The notes under the pieces were generated by a model. The model saw only the letters and a list, made by a program, of their open reading frames with translations, was not told where the DNA came from and searched no databases. Source: a virus. From it: a stretch of DNA of 64,000 nt. Made by a program: the position numbers and the translations under genes. The DNA lies in IMG/VR virus record IMGVR_UViG_3300037483_001170, positions 1 through 64,000 of that record; one strand, written 5' to 3'. This document shows positions 39,877 through 48,243 of this stretch, in pieces (the stretch's first letter is position 1; each line of letters begins with the position of its first letter).

Positions 39877-41276
39877 GTGCCGCTCCAGCTGCGCAGCGTC
39901 TCCTCGTCAACGAACTCTCGAAGCGCTGCGACAAGCGTCGCGCGCGTCGCGTCGAACGAGAAGCGGCGCGTGACGTCCTGCGCCGTCTCGACGCTGCGGA
40001 CGCGGCCGGCGTCGTATGCTGCCCGCATCTGCGCCGCGAGCGCGTCGACCTCGTAATCGCCCCAGCACGACTTCGTGCTGAGAAGCGTGCTGTGCTTCAA
40101 CATGGCACGCGGCACAGGCGTCAGCTTGCTGGGGAACACGCGGAAGGCTGAAGAAGCGTCGGGCATCGAGCTGACCTCGCGCGCCAGATCGCCCACCGCG
40201 CCGAAGTCGCTTGTGACGACCGGCACACCCTGCGCCGCCGCCCAGATGAGCGGAATCCCGAGGCCCTCTCCGAAGCTCGGGTTCACGTAGCAGTCGAGAC
40301 CGCCGAGCCACTCGATCAGCTCCGCGTCAGTCACGCCGGTGCCGCCGAGCAGCTTGAACCGTGGCGATTCCCAGCCCGGCTTCTGGTAGTCGAGCTTGAT
40401 GGTGCCGATCTCGCCGAGCACCTGCCGCTCGAAGTCCATGAGCAAGGGCTGGTCACGTCCGCTGCCGAAGTAGCTCGTGCGGAGCGCCAAGATCACGTTG
40501 TCGCTTCGGCTGAACGCGGAGAGGTATGCACGCACGAGCTTGTGAAAGCCCTTGCGCTCATGCCAGCTGCCGTTCACGCCGAAGACGAAGGGCCCATCCG
40601 TGCGCGCTGGCCTCTGGTGCAGCATCGGGGTCCAGGGACCATCGCAGAGCGCAGGGCGGACGACGCAGATCTTGTTTGGATCGATACCAGACTCGATGTA
40701 GCAGCGGCGGGTGAACTCGCTGACGCACCAGATCCATGTCAGCTCCGGCGCTGCGCAGAGGCGTCGCGCGTACTCGCTCATCGGAGACGCCTCGAAAGCG
40801 ACGTACGAGACGAACGCGGGTGCACCGCGGTCAAGTCCGCGCAAGTCTGGCGGAAAGCTCGCGATGAATGCCTTCGGAATTCCGACTGACGTCTTAAGCC
40901 ATCTCATCAACATCGGCTCCCGATCTTCCGGGAATTTGCTGATGTCGATGTCCATCCCAGGGAACGGCGCGAGCATCGTCGGAGCGCCCAGGCGTTCCAG
41001 CATCGAGTGCAGCGCGACCGCGTGCGCGGCGTACCCAGAGCGCGTTCCGCATGGGAACGTGTGCCAGAGGCCGACGACGTCGTGACCCTCCGCTGGCTCC
41101 GCAACGTAGTGGTAGCCGAGGCGATCGCGGACGTCGCCCTCCATCTGCCTGTTGATCTGTTCGTGCTTCGACTTGAACTCCGCCGACGCGGGCGCGTAGC
41201 GGTTCTTTGCCTCAGCGATCTCTGCGGACGCTTCGTCCTCAGAGATCGGGAGCGATACAGGGGTAGTGTCAGACAT
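39873..41276 (-). CDS. GT4 (GT-B) glycosyltransferase
   Basis: ERKG, DCYVNPSFGEGLGIP. Confidence 0.88.
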   Translation of the reverse strand: MSDTTPVSLPISEDEASAEIAEAKNRYAPASAEFKSKHEQINRQMEGDVRDRLGYHYVAEPAEGHDVVGLWHTFPCGTRSGYAAHAVALHSMLERLGAPTMLAPFPGMDIDISKFPEDREPMLMRWLKTSVGIPKAFIASFPPDLRGLDRGAPAFVSYVAFEASPMSEYARRLCAAPELTWIWCVSEFTRRCYIESGIDPNKICVVRPALCDGPWTPMLHQRPARTDGPFVFGVNGSWHERKGFHKLVRAYLSAFSRSDNVILALRTSYFGSGRDQPLLMDFERQVLGEIGTIKLDYQKPGWESPRFKLLGGTGVTDAELIEWLGGLDCYVNPSFGEGLGIPLIWAAAQGVPVVTSDFGAVGDLAREVSSMPDASSAFRVFPSKLTPVPRAMLKHSTLLSTKSCWGDYEVDALAAQMRAAYDAGRVRSVETAQDVTRRFSFDATRATLVAALREFVDEETLRSWSGT

Positions 41277-41307
41277 TGGAGTGGGACCCTACAGCAGTTG
41301 TCAGACA
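41267..41307 (-). promoter_or_regulatory. Paired TGTCnGACA palindromes flanking a -10 box at a near-leaderless start
   Basis: Sites at 41267-75 and 41299-307 (32 bp apart); TAGGGT between them on the minus strand. Confidence 0.6.
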
Positions 41308-41894
41308 TGCACAAGAGGCTCGTGCGCCTGAGTGGGCCACAGCCGGCTGGAAGCCAGCGCGTGGCCCACTTCGCCACTCTGGCCTCCCCAGAGCACGATG
41401 CAGCCGGCGTCGTACGCGTCTGGCGCGAGGCCGTCCGGAAGCCCAGGGAAGCGAGACCGTGTGACGAGCTTTGCAGCTGCTTTCAGCTCGGCTGACGTCC
41501 GCGCTCCCAGCCCCTTCAACATCGCGCCCTGCCACGTCTTCACGTTCACGCGCAGCAGTCGCTTCCTCGGGACTCGGTAGTGCCGAAGCACGCGCTCCCA
41601 GTCCCGCCAGGCGGCCCCCAGGCCGAGCAATGTCGACGCGTGCATCTTGCCGTCGCGCACGGCGCCGCCCGCCGTCCACTTCTCGCCCAGTACGATCAGA
41701 CCCAGGCCATGGGCGCGCGCTTCGGCAATCGCGGCCTCCACGACCTGGCACCGCTCGGCTTCGGCGCCGACGCGATCCCGAATCACGCCGACGCGCAACG
41801 AACCCGGTCGCCAGATGCCCCAGCCGCTTTGTGCGGCCGAGTCGATGCCGAGGATGACGACCTGGTGCGGCCTCCAGACGGGAGGAAGTGCCAC
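41301..41894 (-). CDS. RuvC-like Holliday junction resolvase
   Basis: VILGIDSAAQSGWGI, E, TWQ...K, DAYDA. Confidence 0.7.
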   Translation of the reverse strand: MALPPVWRPHQVVILGIDSAAQSGWGIWRPGSLRVGVIRDRVGAEAERCQVVEAAIAEARAHGLGLIVLGEKWTAGGAVRDGKMHASTLLGLGAAWRDWERVLRHYRVPRKRLLRVNVKTWQGAMLKGLGARTSAELKAAAKLVTRSRFPGLPDGLAPDAYDAGCIVLWGGQSGEVGHALASSRLWPTQAHEPLVHV

Positions 41895-43378
41895 TAGCAG
41901 TGCGACCAGAGAGCCCGCTCACCGCAGACGCAGACCTGGAGCGCACGACGGCGGTCTTCGTCGTCAGTCCAGTCGTAGGCGAGGATCACGTCGTCATCCC
42001 CAACGTTCACGCCAGTGAGCGTTGCGTTTTGCGCGATCCGAACGAAACCGCCGACCTTGGACGGGATGCCCTTGCGCACCAGCGCGTCTGCAGCGCGAGC
42101 CCGCTCAGCCGCGCCCGGCTCCAGATCATCGAGCGAGAACAGCGCCTGCGTGGAACCTGAAACGCCGTACAGAGCGTGTCCCTGCACTTCCAGAACGGGA
42201 ACGATCCGTTCGTCGCCGATCGCCCACGGGCCATCTGCTGGATCGTCGTCGGGCAGGATGAACCCTGAAAAACCAGCAGCCTGTTCCATGGCGTCCAGTA
42301 CATCGATCGGCGCAGACCGTTTGCTGCCCACGGAGACGCTGGAGCCGCTGGCTGCCGAAGTGGTTCGCGCAAACGCGGGCTTCGAGTCCCGGAAGCGCTG
42401 GCTAAAGGCGTTGATGCTCTGCTCACTCTTCGTTGCCGGACCAAGAGCCGGAGGCGCGTAGGGCTCAGGCACGTCCGTGTCAGCGATAGCGTTGAAATCA
42501 GCAAAAACCTTGGCTTGGCGCTTTGCGCGCATCAAGCTCTCGCGGGGACGGGTCTCGCTGCCGTCTCGACGGATTTCGCCACGGAGCAGCCGGCGTCCAT
42601 ACTGGTACACCTCCGTACGCAAGAGCGCGACATCGCCGTCTGCCCGACCGAGACCCGACTCATACCCACAAAGAGCGAGCCGAAAACGCTCTGGATATTC
42701 GTTGATCGCAATCTCAAGCCGGCGATCTGCGCGCTGACCTTCCGGCAGTTCGCGAAAGTCTGACAGCCGTAGACCCGCGGCCACGTCAACGTTCCGTTCA
42801 TCGCTTGAACGCGTGTCCGGTTCGTACTCGCCCATCAAACGTACCGCGATTCCCAGCGCCAACTCGGCATACGGGACTGGAAGTGCCTGTCGAAACGTCA
42901 ACGCCTCTTGCGATTCACTGACCGCTTCCCACGCTTCCGTTGCTGCGGTCCTAACCGAAATCGCCTTGCAGAGTGCCAAATACAAGGCGAACGACATGGC
43001 ACGAGCGCGCTCGCTGTTGATGAACGCATATCTGGCGGCCTGATCGCGACGGAGATCGTCAATCTCCGCATGGCCATTGCGCTCCGGCGTCACTTCGCGC
43101 GCCAACGCGTCAGTCAGCATGAGCATGGTTTCGTTGCACGATCGATGGTGCAAAAACGCCGCCCACGTTCGCGGATCTCTCGCTACAAGCACACCAGCAA
43201 CGTCAGCTGGCGTTGCTGTGCCAGCTAGAAAGTCGAGAAGAGTCGTGCGCAGCACGGCGCGCCACTGGTGCTCCTCGGTTCTGAAGAATTCAACACACAC
43301 CCACGGGCCCGGGTCTCCGTCTTCGGCCGCGTCCAGTCGTGCCTGGAGCATCGCGCCATCCATTGCCTGAATGTCCAT
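41894..43378 (-). CDS. Hypothetical protein
   Basis: 494-aa coupled ORF; atypical codon usage. Confidence 0.75.
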   Translation of the reverse strand: MDIQAMDGAMLQARLDAAEDGDPGPWVCVEFFRTEEHQWRAVLRTTLLDFLAGTATPADVAGVLVARDPRTWAAFLHHRSCNETMLMLTDALAREVTPERNGHAEIDDLRRDQAARYAFINSERARAMSFALYLALCKAISVRTAATEAWEAVSESQEALTFRQALPVPYAELALGIAVRLMGEYEPDTRSSDERNVDVAAGLRLSDFRELPEGQRADRRLEIAINEYPERFRLALCGYESGLGRADGDVALLRTEVYQYGRRLLRGEIRRDGSETRPRESLMRAKRQAKVFADFNAIADTDVPEPYAPPALGPATKSEQSINAFSQRFRDSKPAFARTTSAASGSSVSVGSKRSAPIDVLDAMEQAAGFSGFILPDDDPADGPWAIGDERIVPVLEVQGHALYGVSGSTQALFSLDDLEPGAAERARAADALVRKGIPSKVGGFVRIAQNATLTGVNVGDDDVILAYDWTDDEDRRRALQVCVCGERALWSHC

Positions 43379-43764
43379 CAGTCCTCCAGCGTCTGCTCAC
43401 GCGTCCGACGCGTGAACTCGGCGAGCACTGCACTCGCTTCGCTCAGGTCCTTCGCCACGCCTTCGTAGCCGTCGGACTCCATCAGCTTCGCGTGCTGCTC
43501 CAGTCGCTTCCGAGTCCGGTCGATTCCACGAAGAGGCCCATCGGTCGTGAAGAAGAGCCGCTCGTTCGGCGCGACCCGCTTCTTCTTGCCGAAGAACTTC
43601 TGCCAGAGCCAGAAGCCAACGGCCGCCGCCGCCAGAAGCAGGAGCAGCGTCCGAAGATCGAAGCCGCCTTCGCGCGCCAGTGGAACCGGCGCCTGCGCGA
43701 GCGACAGCGGATAGAGCTGTTGCTGCGCGCGGCCCGGCGGCAAGACCGGCGCGTGATAGCTCAC
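43378..43764 (-). CDS. Small membrane protein (MSY family)
   Basis: GTG-SYH start; TM followed by KKKRVAPN. Confidence 0.65.
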   Translation of the reverse strand: MSYHAPVLPPGRAQQQLYPLSLAQAPVPLAREGGFDLRTLLLLLAAAAVGFWLWQKFFGKKKRVAPNERLFFTTDGPLRGIDRTRKRLEQHAKLMESDGYEGVAKDLSEASAVLAEFTRRTREQTLED

Positions 43765-44348
43765 CGGGACGTGGCCTTCATGTCGATGGTCATCATCGTC
43801 GCGCCAGACATGTCCGTCATCGCGATCGAATCCGTGACCTTCACGCACCACGAGTGGCAGTAGTCGCAGATCCATCGCTCAGGGCTCGACACGATCGCGA
43901 TCTTGTCGTCCGACGCGGGCGCTCGACCGAGCTTGTTCTTGCAGTGCCAAGCCCAGTTAATCGCGAGGTGATTGCTGGGCGGCAGCTTGCCGTACTTCAC
44001 CCAGTCGAGAGACATCGCCTTGTTGCCCTCCTGGACGTGGAAGAAATTCTGCTGACCGTGCTCGGTCCAGCAGACGGGGCACTGTCCGACCAGCATGCAC
44101 TCGGCACGACCGTCGCTGCCCTGGGTCATCTGAATCTCACACTCGATCGTGCAGATCTCCTCGCCCTTGTTGGTGGCCTTCCACAAGATCCACGTCTTCG
44201 GCGCGAGGTCTTCCGAGTCCACCGATGTGCCGGCGAAGCGGCCATCGCCGGGGCGACCCGCGCGATCCATCAGCGCGCGGCCCGCTGCCCACTCGCGCTC
44301 GCCCATCTTGCCGCCGAAAATGCCGCCGTCCTTCGAGATCTTTCTCAT
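43761..44348 (-). CDS. Hypothetical Zn-finger protein
   Basis: CPVC...CDYC; SD GAGG. Confidence 0.7.
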   Translation of the reverse strand: MRKISKDGGIFGGKMGEREWAAGRALMDRAGRPGDGRFAGTSVDSEDLAPKTWILWKATNKGEEICTIECEIQMTQGSDGRAECMLVGQCPVCWTEHGQQNFFHVQEGNKAMSLDWVKYGKLPPSNHLAINWAWHCKNKLGRAPASDDKIAIVSSPERWICDYCHSWCVKVTDSIAMTDMSGATMMTIDMKATSR

Positions 44349-44354
44349 GCCCAG

Positions 44355-44735
44355 CTACCTCTTTCGCCGCCGCCGACGGCCATTCGCTTTGAGCTTCCCA
44401 GCTCGGAACTCCTGCAACACGCGATACGAAGCCCACATGCTCATCCCACTGAGCACGTAGAGCACGATCATCGGCGGCCCGAAGTAGGGGACGACGTACC
44501 GGCGGATCGTGGTGCGGATCGCCGGACCGACGATGTGCGTGTCGAGCGCCGCAACAATCCGCGGTCCCGCAGCAGCCAACGTTCTATCCGGATTCGAGAT
44601 CAGGCCGGCGGCAAGCGACGCGATGTTCGCCACGTCCTGGCCAGTGACCTGGCCCATGCCGTCGCCGCTGTCGTAGTTGCCGAGAGCGCGCGGACGACGA
44701 CGCGGGCGCATCGCGAGCATGGTTGCCGCGCTCAT
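44355..44735 (-). CDS. Small membrane protein with ANGRRRRRKR tail
   Basis: ALG/GMG motifs, TM, basic tail. Confidence 0.7.
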   Translation of the reverse strand: MSAATMLAMRPRRRPRALGNYDSGDGMGQVTGQDVANIASLAAGLISNPDRTLAAAGPRIVAALDTHIVGPAIRTTIRRYVVPYFGPPMIVLYVLSGMSMWASYRVLQEFRAGKLKANGRRRRRKR

Positions 44736-45040
44736 CGGTGGCTCCACCACCAGTAGCCACCAGCCGCGAGCGCCACTGCGCCGACAGCCCAGAGAGCGGT
44801 CGACGACGAGCCTGCGCTGCCGACCTGACTCGGCACGGTACTCTGCGTGGTCGTGATCGCGACCTCACTTCCCGTCGGCACGCACTCGGGGGTCATGCCC
44901 ACGCGGGCCGAGATCGACATGCCAGGAGGGCACATGTAGCAGCTCGAATCGGGAGGAATGTTACGACACTCCATCCGCGCGAGGTTGAGCCCAGGACGCA
45001 CGGGAGTCGCCGTTCCGAGGCCAGACAGCGAATAGCTCAT
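44732..45040 (-). CDS. Small membrane protein (MSYSLSGLG)
   Basis: GLG motif; C-terminal TM. Confidence 0.7.
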   Translation of the reverse strand: MSYSLSGLGTATPVRPGLNLARMECRNIPPDSSCYMCPPGMSISARVGMTPECVPTGSEVAITTTQSTVPSQVGSAGSSSTALWAVGAVALAAGGYWWWSHR

Positions 45041-45492
45041 CGCCGCCTCCGGCGCGCACCGTTCGAGGTCACGCGCTTCTTCTTGCCTGCGAAGTAGCCG
45101 GCCGCCAGGGCGAGCGGGATCCCGACGAACGTGCCGACCGCGGTGATCTTCGCGTACTCCACGAGCTGGGCGTACGCGACAGGCGCTGCCGCTGGACCGC
45201 CCCAGATGCTCGCAGCGGTCTGCGCGAATCGCGAGAGCACGGTGCCCTCCACGGCCTGCCCGAGCCCGAGAAGCGGCACGCCGCCGTTCCTGACGTAGTT
45301 CCCGTACACGTAGCGCGACCCGGGTCGAGCGCCGTCCAGGTTGATCTCCTGCTCCCCCCAGCGAAGCCGCGCCGGACTGTAGCCGGCGCCAGGAATCGGC
45401 GTGGTCGTGTCGTACGGATACGACCGGTACCGGCCGTAGTGACCCGGCAGGTACAACGCAGGCGTGTACGCCGGGAGCTGGAGCTTCGCCAT
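45037..45492 (-). CDS. Small membrane protein with GLG and SNGARRRRR tail
   Basis: LLGLGQA, TM, basic tail. Confidence 0.7.
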   Translation of the reverse strand: MAKLQLPAYTPALYLPGHYGRYRSYPYDTTTPIPGAGYSPARLRWGEQEINLDGARPGSRYVYGNYVRNGGVPLLGLGQAVEGTVLSRFAQTAASIWGGPAAAPVAYAQLVEYAKITAVGTFVGIPLALAAGYFAGKKKRVTSNGARRRRR

Positions 45493-45545
45493 GCCGAAAG
45501 TCTCGCGCACTCGGAGCCCAAGGGCAAGACCGAGGCGAACGACGA

Positions 45546-45842
45546 CTAGACCAGCTCGCCGACGATGTCCGACTCGTGCACGACCAGGTGCTCGACCCCG
45601 TCGAGAACGATCTCGATGCCCGAGTACTGGCCGATCACCACACGGTCGCCGGCCTTGACGCTCGGCTCGATGCGCTTGCCCTCGACGAGCGCGCCTGGGC
45701 CACACGCGATGACCGTCGCCTCCAGCGGCTTCGCCTTCGCGGTGTCGGGGAAGATGATGCCACCTGCGCTCTTCTCTGGCGGCTTCTCTCGGCGTACGAC
45801 GATGCGGTCGCCCAGCGGACGGATTTCGGTCTTCTTTTCCAT
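45546..45842 (-). CDS. groES: Co-chaperonin GroES
   Basis: IRPLGDRIVV, SAGGIIFPDTAK.KP, VKAGDRV, ESDI. Confidence 0.95.
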   Translation of the reverse strand: MEKKTEIRPLGDRIVVRREKPPEKSAGGIIFPDTAKAKPLEATVIACGPGALVEGKRIEPSVKAGDRVVIGQYSGIEIVLDGVEHLVVHESDIVGELV

Positions 45843-45854
45843 GCTCACTCCTTC

Positions 45855-46451
45855 TTACGGGTTCCAGATGCCTGACGAGACAGCCGGCGCCGACGCCGGC
45901 TTCGGCTTCTTCCTGCGACTCCCGCGCTTGCTCGTGCGCTTCGCTGGCTTTCCGGGCTCGACCGCAGCTGCCGGTCCGCGCTTCTTTCGTGACGTCCGCT
46001 TGGGCCCTGGAGCCTTCGGCTTCCGGCTCGTGCGCTTCGGCGACGCCTCAGCCGCCTGCTCTTCGGCCTCGCGTCCGCCGTCGGCGGCGAGCTTCGCGAT
46101 CACGAGCTTCTTCAGGTCGGCGCTGGCGAACCGTCCGGTCTTTCCTGCGAGCAGGTAGACGAGCTTGCCCTCCTCGTCGATGACGCCAACCGCCTGCGAG
46201 TCGAGCAGTTTCTTCGCCTCAGCAGAAAGGAAGCGGAACGTCGTCGACCGGTCGTAGACCGCGCGGCTCAGGTACTCCCTGAGCTGGATCCGGAAAGCAC
46301 CGCCAGCGTCGAGATGACATTCGATGGTTCGGTACCATCGTCCGGTACTGGGCGGGCCGGCTGTGCCGGAGGTTGGGGCGGCGGCGAGAGCTGCTGGGGC
46401 ACTGCGCTTGGCGCCGAACGCGCGACTGCCGTTGGAGCTGTTGTCGGACAT
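45855..46451 (-). CDS. Basic protein with histone-like KRTS-repeat tail
   Basis: Three KRTS repeats; TTGCCA-18-TATGCT upstream. Confidence 0.7.
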   Translation of the reverse strand: MSDNSSNGSRAFGAKRSAPAALAAAPTSGTAGPPSTGRWYRTIECHLDAGGAFRIQLREYLSRAVYDRSTTFRFLSAEAKKLLDSQAVGVIDEEGKLVYLLAGKTGRFASADLKKLVIAKLAADGGREAEEQAAEASPKRTSRKPKAPGPKRTSRKKRGPAAAVEPGKPAKRTSKRGSRRKKPKPASAPAVSSGIWNP

Positions 46452-46987
46452 CGGCCGGGAGCATACGCACGACTGTCGGACACTGGCAAGACCGCAATGC
46501 GAGATCTGCGAGCCCAGATCGGCCACGCTCGGCTCAGGTCCGGCTCGACGTACCAACGCGCCGTCAGCTTGTCGGGACGCCAGAGCGCTGGGACGACGAC
46601 GACGACGTAGTCCGCGACGCGCTGCCACTCGGCGAGGGCAACGTCTGGATGTTCCAGATGTTCGAGCACGTCGCACGCGAACAGCGCGCCAAAGTAGCGG
46701 TCTGACCACGGCATCGTGTAGTAGTTGCTGTAGCTGACGACGTTCGGCCCCGGCACGCACACGGGCGCGCACTCGTCGAGGTTCACGTCGCCGTAGAGAC
46801 GCGAGCCTAGGATCGATGCGCGTACGCTACGACCGCTCACGCCAGCGCCAAGGTTCACGAGCGGCTTCTGGCGCATCCGGGCGATCTTTCGCGCGATGCC
46901 TGCCATCTCGTACGGACGGGTGACGGCATCCCGCAGGTACGCCGCGCTGGCGATGCCGAGCCCCACCTTGATCAGTGCGTCGCGCAC
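46268..46987 (-). CDS. Methyltransferase-type-11-like protein with N-terminal hydrophobic segment
   Basis: VNLGAG, DVLEHL, ALAEWQRV. Confidence 0.7.
   Translation of the reverse strand: MRDALIKVGLGIASAAYLRDAVTRPYEMAGIARKIARMRQKPLVNLGAGVSGRSVRASILGSRLYGDVNLDECAPVCVPGPNVVSYSNYYTMPWSDRYFGALFACDVLEHLEHPDVALAEWQRVADYVVVVVPALWRPDKLTARWYVEPDLSRAWPIWARRSRIAVLPVSDSRAYAPGRCPTTAPTAVARSAPSAVPQQLSPPPQPPAQPARPVPDDGTEPSNVISTLAVLSGSSSGST
46442..46482 (-). promoter_or_regulatory. Paired TGTCnGACA palindromes flanking a -10 box
   Basis: Sites at 46442-50 and 46474-82 (32 bp apart). Confidence 0.6.
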
Positions 46988-47020
46988 GCTTTAGGCTACC
47001 AGTTGCAGCACGTGGCGGCC

Positions 47021-47347
47021 ATGAGCTACCATTTCCCCATGAGCTACCAGCGGATCGCCGGGATGAGATCGAACCGTTTCCCTCTCATGGGCCTCGGCTG
47101 CGCGGGCTGCAACGGGCGCTGCGCGGGCACGGCCCCTGGCACGTCCGGCCTCGGCTGCGGAGGTGGCTGTGCGCCGCCGATCATGTCCGTCGCTGGCCTC
47201 GGGCACGCGCTCGGGCTCGACGTCGAAAGCGCTGCCTTCGGGCTCGGCATCGCGGCCGCAGGCTTCATCGGCCTCGGCGCCGGCTGGTTCGCACACGGCG
47301 CGCTCGCACCACGTCGTAACCGTGGGCGTCGTCGGCGCACGAACTGA
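47021..47347 (+). CDS. Small membrane protein (MSY, multiple GLG, RRNRGRRRR tail)
   Basis: Motifs seen directly. Confidence 0.7.
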   Translation: MSYHFPMSYQRIAGMRSNRFPLMGLGCAGCNGRCAGTAPGTSGLGCGGGCAPPIMSVAGLGHALGLDVESAAFGLGIAAAGFIGLGAGWFAHGALAPRRNRGRRRRTN

Positions 47348-47355
47348 ACGCCCTC

Positions 47356-47655
47356 ATGAGCTACAAGCACGGCTTCGGACAGGCGGTCGCCGAGGGCACC
47401 GTCTTCAGCCTCACCGATCCGGATGTTGCTGCTCAGCAGCCGCCGACGCCCGTGCCCTCCAGCAAGCCGAGCGGTGGCTCTCCAGCTCCGTACTACGGAC
47501 CGCCCGCCACCGTCGGCAAGACCTCGGGCACGCCGATCACGAGCGCGAGCTTGCCGACGTACGCGGCTGGCGCGCCGAACTGGATGCCGTGGGCGATCGG
47601 TGGAACGATCACCGTGGTCGGCATCGGGCTCGTACTGGCAGCGCTACGTCGCTGA
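47356..47655 (+). CDS. Small membrane protein (MSYKHGFGQA)
   Basis: Pro-rich linker; C-terminal TM plus RR. Confidence 0.7.
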   Translation: MSYKHGFGQAVAEGTVFSLTDPDVAAQQPPTPVPSSKPSGGSPAPYYGPPATVGKTSGTPITSASLPTYAAGAPNWMPWAIGGTITVVGIGLVLAALRR

Positions 47656-47940
47656 TCAGGTAGGCGCCGCGGGCGTTCGACGCTCTGCACACAGCAGGCA
47701 GCAGGCGAAGCCCACCACGCGTAGCGCCGTCCCCGTCTCGTACAGCCACGTCCAGCGTGTAGCGAGGCCACACCGTGCGCACTGGCCGACGTCGACGACT
47801 GCGACGCGGTACAGCGTCGATCCGTCAGCGTAGGTCGCCATAGGCTCGGGCGTCGTCACGCACGCCTCCGCCGTCGCGACGAGCGCACGGGCACCGCGAC
47901 GACGAGCGTCACCATCAGACCGCTGATCTCGACACGCGCT

Positions 47941-48243
47941 TCACCGTGGACATGCAGACGGCAGCCGAGGATGCCGCCAGCCCCGAAGTACGTCGGCTGG
48001 CATCTGCGCATGTGCAGCCATCTGGGCCCGATAGTCGTACCGACGTAGGGCACGAACCTCTTCCTCGATCTGCGCAGCTGGCCAGCGATGACGCAGGCCT
48101 CGCTCTCGTACGAGCTTCTCCATCTCAGCCTTTGCCTGCTCGACCGCCGACGCGGGCGACAGCGCATCGAGAACGAGTACCGAGATCTCGTCGTACCACG
48201 TGATACAAACGGAGTACTCGACCGATGCGCCGTCTGCTTGCAT
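47941..48243 (-). CDS. Hypothetical protein
   Basis: TGATG coupling. Confidence 0.55.
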   Translation of the reverse strand: MQADGASVEYSVCITWYDEISVLVLDALSPASAVEQAKAEMEKLVRERGLRHRWPAAQIEEEVRALRRYDYRAQMAAHAQMPADVLRGWRHPRLPSACPR

